From a virus (Duplodnaviria; Caudoviricetes): a stretch of DNA of 33,532 bases. The stretch lies in the IMG/VR virus record IMGVR_UViG_3300020016_000028, positions 1-33,532 of that record. One strand, given 5' to 3'. A model generated the notes under the pieces. It saw only the letters and a list, made by a program, of their open reading frames with translations, made no database searches and was not told where the DNA came from. This document shows, in pieces, positions 1 to 6,460 of this stretch. The first letter of the stretch is position 1. Each line of letters opens with the position of its first letter. The translations under genes were made by a program, and so were the position numbers.

Positions 1-365
1 TCCTCCAAAGTAGTGAATAGGTGTGAGGGCATCACAATTATAGCCCTCAGTCAACGGATTAGGACCCCCAGGCATTCCCGGAAGGTACCGTTGTCTAAAT
101 GTACCTGTATTATGGAGGCGTGTATACCGTCTCGGTTTCTCTCCTCGAAAGCATACTTTGCAACCCCTAACAGGCGGTCCTTAAGCGTCTTGTGGTCCCT
201 CATACTGGATCACTATACCCTATTGAGCATAGTTCATACCAATATGCCGCAAGACCTGGGTCCACCAGGGGAGGTGGTAAACCAGTCGCATTGCGTACCT
301 AAGCGGTTTTTTGTTTTGCGAGAATCAACTGATCAGATTGTTTCTCCTGCTGTGTTTTCCTTCAC
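1..365 (-). ncRNA. candidate structured non-coding RNA / long 5' leader downstream of the pistol cleavage site
   Basis: No minus-strand ORF of 60 aa or more in an otherwise densely coding genome. Many stems read by eye on the minus strand: CUGUG/CACAG, GAGAA/UUCUC, CUGG-UUUACCA/UGGUGGA-C-CCAG, GUCUUG/CAAGAC enclosing CAUAUUGG/CCAGUAUG and CUAUGCUC/GGGUAUAG, AGGUAC/GUACCU, UGAGGGC/GCCCUCA. Ends in GGAGGA (RBS-like) at the window edge. Confidence 0.5.
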
Positions 366-504
366 AGTTCACATAGGGCGGGCTGACAACGCGCCTGCAC
401 AGCCTGTAAGAATACATGGTCTCCTGGAGGGGATTTGACCCATGCTTCTTAGCGCCCTAACGCTCTGAGCTTAAGACCTATTTAACGTCGCTCAGACGAC
501 GAGC
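366..504 (-). ncRNA. pistol self-cleaving ribozyme with a large insertion in P3
   Basis: Minus strand reads CGUCG UCUGAG CGACG UUAAAUAG GUC UUAAG CUCAGA GCG UUAGGGCG...CGCCCUAU GU GAACU. This gives P1 (CGUCG/CGACG), a loop pairing perfectly with CUCAGA (pseudoknot), the pistol linkers UUAAAUAG, UUAAG and GCG, P3, the G-U cleavage dinucleotide (372/371), and P2 AGGUC/GAACU with one mismatch. Same order and spacing as the env25 pistol (recalled). Confidence 0.9.
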
Positions 505-659
505 CATCCCCTTACGCCATCGGCGTATTGAGTGGCTTCTGCTTCCGTCTTGAAACACCGTGAAGTGTTCCATCGATCGGAAATAGATACGGAGAAATCA
601 ACAATTGAAACGATCCAACCGTTGGTCTCCTTAGTGATCGTAATGCGTGAGTTACGCAT
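492..659 (-). CDS. hypothetical protein (55 aa, MRNSRITITK...)
   Basis: Start moved from 713 to ATG 659, which follows GAAAGGAGG; stop codon lies inside the pistol L1 loop. Confidence 0.7.
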   Translation of the reverse strand: MRNSRITITKETNGWIVSIVDFSVSISDRWNTSRCFKTEAEATQYADGVRGWLVV

Positions 660-670
660 AGACCCTCCTT

Positions 671-757
671 TCAGACGACGATCAATGCTACCGACAGTGC
701 AATGACAGCACATGATGCTATTACGATGGTCCTACAGATGATTTCAAGATCTCTCAT
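671..757 (-). CDS. small hydrophobic single-TM peptide (28 aa, MRDLEIICRTIVIASCAVIALSVALIVV)
   Basis: Translated by hand; fills the gap between neighbours, AAAGG upstream, overlaps the 3' end of the upstream ORF. Confidence 0.5.
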   Translation of the reverse strand: MRDLEIICRTIVIASCAVIALSVALIVV

Positions 758-890
758 GACAACCTTTACAAAATATCTGTGGCCAACAAACCTTGCAATA
801 ACAATCGACTTGCTTATCAAATTCGCGCTGGGTCATCTCATGATTACACGCATCACATTTCGCAACTGTCGTACTGGTATGAATTGCCAT
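744..890 (-). CDS. small Cys-rich putative zinc-binding protein (48 aa)
   Basis: Hand translation MAIHTSTTVAKCDACNHEMTQREFDKQVDCYCKVCWPQIFCKGCHERS, with three CxxC motifs. ATG overlaps the upstream stop (TGATG), with GAGG upstream. Confidence 0.7.
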   Translation of the reverse strand: MAIHTSTTVAKCDACNHEMTQREFDKQVDCYCKVCWPQIFCKGCHERS

Positions 891-1075
891 CAGTCCACCT
901 CAAGATCGAAATAAAGATCAAGGATTGAACGAATCAAAGCAGTTTTTGTCTTCAATCCAGTCCTTATCACCTCATCATCCAACAGCTCAGCTTGAGCATC
1001 AGTCACGGTGATTGAGAACATGTTACGTGCTTTGTGATCATCAGCATCTCTTGTTCTACCGGGTAATCTCTTCAT
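890..1075 (-). CDS. ribbon-helix-helix (CopG/Arc-like) DNA-binding protein
   Basis: 61 aa; alternating beta strand MFSITVT, helix DAQAELLDDEV, turn GL, helix TKTALIRSIL; RBS GAAAGGA. Confidence 0.7.
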   Translation of the reverse strand: MKRLPGRTRDADDHKARNMFSITVTDAQAELLDDEVIRTGLKTKTALIRSILDLYFDLEVD

Positions 1076-1105
1076 GGCCTTGTTCCTTTCAAAGTAGGTA
1101 TGGGC

Positions 1106-1218
1106 TTAGGGTGGCCTGACAGGGGGAGGTGATGAGAAACCGACAAACCCCTTACAGACTGTAGACCTATGCGGGACGGAACAAGACCAATTGTACGCCC
1201 CGGCGTCTAGCACCCTAA
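1106..1218 (-). ncRNA. structured three-way-junction RNA domain (stand-alone copy of the domain inserted in pistol P3)
   Basis: Closing helix UUAGGGUG/CACCCUAA; arms UAGAC..CGGGGCG../..CGUCCCG..GUCUA and GUCUG..AGGGG../..CCCCU..CAGGC; three sequence blocks shared with 374-460. Confidence 0.7.
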
Positions 1219-1229
1219 ACGAAAGTTAT

Positions 1230-1294
1230 AAAAAAGTGAGAGGTTGCGGACTTGGTGGTCCTCCATAGATTGGGCATCTATAGTGTTCTCTCAT
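1230..1294 (-). other. ~55-nt branched hairpin followed by a U-run (small RNA or terminator)
   Basis: UGAGAG/CUCUCA outer stem, inner hairpins CUAUAGAU/AUCUAUGG and GGAC/GUCC, then UUUUUU. Confidence 0.55.
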
Positions 1295-1316
1295 TATGGT
1301 GCCTGTATTTCCTGCG
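1291..1316 (-). promoter_or_regulatory. repeated promoter-like motif, copy 1 (CGCAGGAAATACAGGCACCATAATGA)
   Basis: 24/26 identical to 10997-11022; intergenic; contains a -10-like CATAAT. Confidence 0.75.
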
Positions 1317-1317
1317 C

Positions 1318-1674
1318 CTATCTGATCTGTGCTTCAATCTGTTCGGCAGTAAGTGGATCGTGGTCGTTGGGAGCAGCATGTTCGTTCGTCATGAAATCTA
1401 CCCAGGACTTGATATCCGGTGTGATTGCAGTGAACTGGTCATGAAACACGCGCTTGGAATAGCAACGAATGTTCTCCCCCATACGAGTCATGAAGAATCC
1501 AAGGAACACTCGCTCGACGTTAGGAACGAACAAGGGGTTCACCTGGATATATGGATCTCCGTTACGCTTCTTTCGAAGAATGCCGACATGTTCGGCTGCC
1601 TCCTCGATATTGTCTCGAGTTAGCTCAACCGCTTCCACCACAAATGGCTTGCGGATAAAATCTGTATACTCCAT
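1318..1674 (-). CDS. conserved phage hypothetical protein (MEYTDFIRKPFVVEAV...)
   Basis: Start moved to ATG 1674 (AGGA RBS; avoids overlap with the upstream gene); RKPxxVEAV N-terminus common in phage proteins. Confidence 0.75.
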   Translation of the reverse strand: MEYTDFIRKPFVVEAVELTRDNIEEAAEHVGILRKKRNGDPYIQVNPLFVPNVERVFLGFFMTRMGENIRCYSKRVFHDQFTAITPDIKSWVDFMTNEHAAPNDHDPLTAEQIEAQIR

Positions 1675-1702
1675 GGTCCTGCTTTCAATGCTGGGTGGGT
1701 TA

Positions 1703-2164
1703 TTAGTCGTCGTTCTTAATGGCGTACTTTCGCTCGAGTTCGTCCTCCTCAATCGTAACAAATAGTGATTGGAGATACGCTTTAACCCCGCTCTTACCAT
1801 TAACCGTCCATTCATACCCTCGGGCAATCAGATCCGCAAGTCTGATATCTGCCCAATCCAATATCTCAACAGAACCCTCATCAAGAGGCGTACGTCCAGC
1901 AGATGTTATCGTGATTATCTTTGGAGGCCTATTGTTGAAGTTTACCGATACTTGAATATAAGGAGTTGGTACTTCCCCTTCTTCACGAGGCGTGAGGTAT
2001 TTGACATTCCAGCCATCCTCAAGCATACTGCTAGCAACCTTCTCGTCAAGAATGACGGCGAAATTACGGTCACCTTCACGATTATATTGTCCTTCCTTTC
2101 CTGTGAAATTCCGGAAGATGATTGTGGCATCCTCCACGATAAATCGTTTTGCTTCATCTGCCAT
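1703..2164 (-). CDS. putative single-stranded DNA-binding protein
   Basis: 153 aa directly downstream of the polymerase; FRNF..G.RNFAV motif, beta-rich, acidic C-terminal region. Family assignment from recall. Confidence 0.65.
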   Translation of the reverse strand: MADEAKRFIVEDATIIFRNFTGKEGQYNREGDRNFAVILDEKVASSMLEDGWNVKYLTPREEGEVPTPYIQVSVNFNNRPPKIITITSAGRTPLDEGSVEILDWADIRLADLIARGYEWTVNGKSGVKAYLQSLFVTIEEDELERKYAIKNDD

Positions 2165-2166
2165 GG

Positions 2167-5100
2167 TTAATCCTTCACCAAATCGTCATACGATGTGAAC
2201 TGTTCAATGGCCTTGACTGCAGCCACTTTAAGTGCACCGAAATATTCCATGTCTATTTCTAGTTGCTCAAGGGAGGCTCTTTGCTCTGCAATTTCACGTT
2301 CGACCCAAAGAAATCCCTTAGTTCCAACGACTGCAAATCTTTTTCCTTCTTTGATACGCCAAAGAGTACCACCATTGTCCACAACAGGAACGAAGCTCCC
2401 AGTTCTACCGACAAGTCGCATATCCGAGACATCTGCATCCTCCCTTCCGGTAAAGTCCAAATACATCATGCCTTGATTTACGTTCTTTGTCTCACAGAAA
2501 TCGTCCAGTGTGAGGTCCTCGTTACTGAACAACGTCTTGAAGACATAGGGATTCTGAAATTGAGCTCCGACTGCGTTCCAGTGTCCAGAGTGATAGGCGA
2601 CGTAAACGGCGTCGTTAATGAGGCAGAATTTTTCATATGTGGCCTCAAGATCAAAGTCGTAACCGTACCGCTTCCCAAAATCAATAACAAAGTCGATAAT
2701 CTCCGGCGTTGCATTGGGTATCTTGATTGAATCTGTCTTGATGTGTGCAACAGTGTGCCCCTTCCCTTGGACAGCATGCTTAAGGTCAATCATGAACAAG
2801 GCCCCACGCTTAGCCACGATATTATCTACATTCCGGTTATCCTTGAATGGATTAGGGAACCTGGCACTGGTCAATCCGTATACGGTGTTGATAACAATTT
2901 TGAGAGCATATGCCAACCCTTCAGCGCCCACACCACTGTCGTCAATAAACTTTCCGAGCTTACCGTCAAGGACGCTACGGGCTTCATCGTAGTCCTTATT
3001 TTTAATTGCCATCCTCGCTGCTTTAAGGGCTGAGAATCGCTCGGTGTAAGGCCCGAATAGATCCAACTGCTCGATACTCGTCGGATGCATACTCGCCACG
3101 TCCAGAAGTGCCACATTGGTGTAAAAGCCAGGTTCGGAATATACGTATCCACCTTCACCGGGTACTTCCCCACGATACGTGCTCTCCTTTCCATCAAACT
3201 TGTATCCATCAAATTCCTCACTCAAATTAGTATAATTAAAGGATGACTGGGGGTTCTTGTTATCACCAAATATGATCTTGGCGGTGTGCATCTGTGTGGT
3301 GTGATTTACCGATAATCCGGAAAGTTCTGCCAAAATTTCCCTGGCGGTAAAATCGTCCTTACGATATTCAAAAACCTTTTCCGTAGAGACAACATCATTC
3401 ACACAGTATTCTTCTACCTTTGACCACTGTCCCTCAGGAACTGGTTGATCCCATGGAATATCGAGCTCCATGTGGTGGATTCCCAGTTCAATCTGGAACT
3501 TCTTCAGACCCTTCTTCTCTGAAGAGAAGTCATAGATATCCGCATACGACAAATTGAACGCTTCTCCGAAGAGAACCCTGACTTCATTTCCTCCATTGAT
3601 GATCTTCTGACTGAGGTTGTACAAGTCCTCAAGAGAATATCCAAGGAAACGAGCATACATGATATGGTTGTCATACCGACGATTGTTGAACCCAACAAGC
3701 TTCCGCTTGAACAGGGGCTCGATTTCCTCCGGCTTTGGGTTGATCATCCGAACAACCGTAGGATCTCCCTGTGCCTTCCAGCACACAATGAAGAGGTTTG
3801 GATATACCTCTACATCATAGAAGACAATCGGGTCTTCAGATTTGGTTGAAGCCTCAGGCATATCATTCTGCCCTACGAACTTCATGGCTTGAACCATCTT
3901 CATGCATTCACCGGAGTGATTAGAGCTTTTAAGTGCGAAGGCCAGGATATCAGGGCGCATATCCAAAACGTTGTAAGCCATTTCGGATTCGAACGCTTCA
4001 TCGAGAATCTTCATGATGAAATTAACGGAGGGCCTTGTACCAGGATGAATTTCCTTCCTCAAGTTCCTGGCAATTAGATCACGAAGACCCTTTTCACTTT
4101 TAATGCTTCGTTCAGTTAGCACCTTTTTCTCCTTCTTCGGAAGCCCGCTGGTGATAGAGGCTACCGTGATATTATTGCACTTCGTCAATTTCCGTCGAAG
4201 CGATGAATCACCAAGGAGGGTTTTGATCTCAATGCCAACATCATAAATGGCCGCAAGCTCATCTACATCCTCAGAATATGTGTAATGGAGATGTACACCT
4301 TTCCCGCTCTGACTTAGTTCCGTATATGTAGCTGGCCACTTCGAAGCTGCGGCTAGATTCATTTCCAGAGATTTGTTACCATCTTCGTCCTGAAGATCGA
4401 AGTCAATCACAATATGACTCACTGGAACTTTCACGTAATGCAGCCTCGAGGTGTCCAACGTTCCAAGAGTTGACTTTACATTCACCCACTTCCTACCAGG
4501 AATACCATCCTTGTTGGCGTACTGAGCAGGCTGTGAAGCAAATATAGAATCAAGAATCGAGGGTTGTTCCACCAAATCGATGATGTATTCACCCTCAGTT
4601 TTGATAGGCAGGTCAGAAACGGGGACGGGGGGAGTCAAACGCCTAAACCCGCTATAGTAACTCCTCACGTCAACACCGTCCAATCGATACCTATCGTGGA
4701 AATCATCAAAGTAGTTCTTGAGTTCTTCACGAATCTTGTACTGAGGCAATTTCTTGTCAATTCCTGTCTCATCACAAAACTCATTGTAAAGAGACCAAGC
4801 CCTTTTCAAAGTTATGCCGTCCTCCAACTTAAATATGTCGAAGTTAGCTTCAACAAAGTTGTAGAACACATCCGTTTGCAACATCATCTCTGTGGGTCGG
4901 TACGTATTGTAATAATTCTTCCCCATAGAGTTATACACATCAAGGCATCTCTGAGCAATACAACCAAGCTCAAACCCGATTCTATCCATCAGGATAAGAT
5001 ATGTATCAGGATCAATAGTTTGCCCTGTAGGAACGACATCAATGAGACGACGAATAATCCCAGATTTGGCATCCGAGATCTTCACAGGGACGTTGGTCCC

Positions 5101-5919
5101 CATGAATATGAAAGCATTTGAACGACTCTCATATGGTTTCGTGTACTTCTCATTGATGGTCATCATCTCATGAGCTACGATTGAGTTAAGTTTGGTGTTG
5201 TCATAAATTCTTGATAGATCGCCATCGTGTTGAATGGCAACCAATGGATTCGTTCTGAAGGACGCCGTGGCAAATGTGTTGTTATTTCCTGCCAACTCTC
5301 TGGCATCAAATATTGACGAGTACCCAGAGAAAAGACTTTGGACAATGTTGAGAATGGTGGATTTTCCACTACCCGGTGGACCGTAAAACACAAGGAATTT
5401 CTGGATTCGCTTAGATTCACCCGAAACAACTGCGCCGATAGCCCATTCAATCTTAGCCCGCTCCTCCTCGTTATAGAGAGTTCCAACAAGCGAGTCCCAA
5501 GCTTCGCTTTTACCTCTATCAAGGGAATACTCCAATCTTTTAGAAACGTAATCAGTCTTTTTGACTTCGGTATTGGCAAACGTCAGTTGTTCGTCAAGGT
5601 TATGAGAGTTGTTCCCACTATTCCTCAGGTATCGTTGGAATTCCTCCCATAGCCTCGACGAATTCGACTCCATCGTAGCGACAGAATGATCCACGCCAGT
5701 ATCACGTTCACATTGCCTCGCATATCGTTGTAGGTCTTCATCAACAAGTCGTGGCACATCGTAGATATCGGTAGACCAGAGGCCTTTCTCTTCGTCCCAA
5801 ATAGCATAGAACGACCCGCCACGAGTCATCAAATCCTTTGACCTACCAACTCTCCAATCAGGACGCACCTGTAGATTTCCATTCTTCAATTCTTTAATTC
5901 TAATAGTGTAAAAATCCAC
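2167..5919 (-). CDS. multidomain SF3 helicase / AEP-type primase / family B-like DNA polymerase with 3'-5' exonuclease
   Basis: Walker A GPPGSGKST and motif C MGTN; primase-like HIVIDFD and SGKGVHLHY; Exo I FYDVEV, Exo II GFNNRRYD, Exo III YCVND; Pol motifs DVASMHP, KIVINTVYG, KTDS. Confidence 0.88.
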   Translation of the reverse strand: MDFYTIRIKELKNGNLQVRPDWRVGRSKDLMTRGGSFYAIWDEEKGLWSTDIYDVPRLVDEDLQRYARQCERDTGVDHSVATMESNSSRLWEEFQRYLRNSGNNSHNLDEQLTFANTEVKKTDYVSKRLEYSLDRGKSEAWDSLVGTLYNEEERAKIEWAIGAVVSGESKRIQKFLVFYGPPGSGKSTILNIVQSLFSGYSSIFDARELAGNNNTFATASFRTNPLVAIQHDGDLSRIYDNTKLNSIVAHEMMTINEKYTKPYESRSNAFIFMGTNVPVKISDAKSGIIRRLIDVVPTGQTIDPDTYLILMDRIGFELGCIAQRCLDVYNSMGKNYYNTYRPTEMMLQTDVFYNFVEANFDIFKLEDGITLKRAWSLYNEFCDETGIDKKLPQYKIREELKNYFDDFHDRYRLDGVDVRSYYSGFRRLTPPVPVSDLPIKTEGEYIIDLVEQPSILDSIFASQPAQYANKDGIPGRKWVNVKSTLGTLDTSRLHYVKVPVSHIVIDFDLQDEDGNKSLEMNLAAASKWPATYTELSQSGKGVHLHYTYSEDVDELAAIYDVGIEIKTLLGDSSLRRKLTKCNNITVASITSGLPKKEKKVLTERSIKSEKGLRDLIARNLRKEIHPGTRPSVNFIMKILDEAFESEMAYNVLDMRPDILAFALKSSNHSGECMKMVQAMKFVGQNDMPEASTKSEDPIVFYDVEVYPNLFIVCWKAQGDPTVVRMINPKPEEIEPLFKRKLVGFNNRRYDNHIMYARFLGYSLEDLYNLSQKIINGGNEVRVLFGEAFNLSYADIYDFSSEKKGLKKFQIELGIHHMELDIPWDQPVPEGQWSKVEEYCVNDVVSTEKVFEYRKDDFTAREILAELSGLSVNHTTQMHTAKIIFGDNKNPQSSFNYTNLSEEFDGYKFDGKESTYRGEVPGEGGYVYSEPGFYTNVALLDVASMHPTSIEQLDLFGPYTERFSALKAARMAIKNKDYDEARSVLDGKLGKFIDDSGVGAEGLAYALKIVINTVYGLTSARFPNPFKDNRNVDNIVAKRGALFMIDLKHAVQGKGHTVAHIKTDSIKIPNATPEIIDFVIDFGKRYGYDFDLEATYEKFCLINDAVYVAYHSGHWNAVGAQFQNPYVFKTLFSNEDLTLDDFCETKNVNQGMMYLDFTGREDADVSDMRLVGRTGSFVPVVDNGGTLWRIKEGKRFAVVGTKGFLWVEREIAEQRASLEQLEIDMEYFGALKVAAVKAIEQFTSYDDLVKD

Positions 5920-5929
5920 AGACCCCCCT

Positions 5930-6460
5930 TTAGGCTAGTCGGTTGTTTTCGATAATATACTCCGAGAACTGATACCAGATCTCAACCTTTCGTTGATCCT
6001 TGGATGGTGTTCTCAGTGGAAATAGACCTCCGCCAGATCCATCTAAATCGTACAGTCTCCATATGAAAGTATAGAGAATTTCGTCAACAGCTTCGTAACT
6101 CATGTTGTCGTCAGAAAACTCTGTAAGATGCAGATTATCCATGAATTCCCAGAACCAATCCCGTACACTGTCATCCGTTTGGAATTCAGATTTAACGGCA
6201 AAGGCTACTAGCATTTCAAGGACGGAACAATTAATCATCGGCCATGCAGAATCCTCTTCGTCAATGAGCTCCTGTCGTAGGAACAAATATCGAAGATCTT
6301 CTCCATCTTGAGCTCTATTGTCATCACCGAGAATAAGCCAAACGAATTCGGTATTGTGAAGTATCCGAATAAGTTCAAAATAGGATTTGTCTTGCGATCC
6401 AAGCGGTACGACTTTAGCCTGTAGCCAGTCGAAATATGCATCTTCGAGTGGTGTTGACAT
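5930..6460 (-). CDS. conserved phage hypothetical protein
   Basis: 176 aa ORF, coupled to neighbours; YFDWL, DDNRAxDG, GGLFP, EIWYQ motifs. Confidence 0.8.
   Translation of the reverse strand: MSTPLEDAYFDWLQAKVVPLGSQDKSYFELIRILHNTEFVWLILGDDNRAQDGEDLRYLFLRQELIDEEDSAWPMINCSVLEMLVAFAVKSEFQTDDSVRDWFWEFMDNLHLTEFSDDNMSYEAVDEILYTFIWRLYDLDGSGGGLFPLRTPSKDQRKVEIWYQFSEYIIENNRLA

Noticed and set aside
114-146. Hairpin-ribozyme loop B-like pair (AGAAAC / GUAUA)
   Set aside because: No matching loop A (AGAA opposite NGUC) found; more likely a generic internal loop.
176-290. HDV-like ribozyme (C-rich loop, long hairpin, GCUUAA-GGACC)
   Set aside because: No P1 helix starting with the required G could be built.
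298-320. RNase P-like 3' motif (ACAAAAAACCGCUUA) or tmRNA tag-like frame (AKQKTA-stop) on the minus strand
   Set aside because: No GAGGAAAGUCC partner for P4, and no tRNA-like acceptor or T-arm ends for tmRNA.
13-438. 141-aa plus-strand ORF
   Set aside because: Opposite to all credible genes, no recognisable motifs, and antisense to the ribozyme and structured RNA.
1125-1145. Hammerhead-like UGAUGAG..AAAC on the plus strand
   Set aside because: Lacks the C of CUGAUGA and has no stem II between the motifs.
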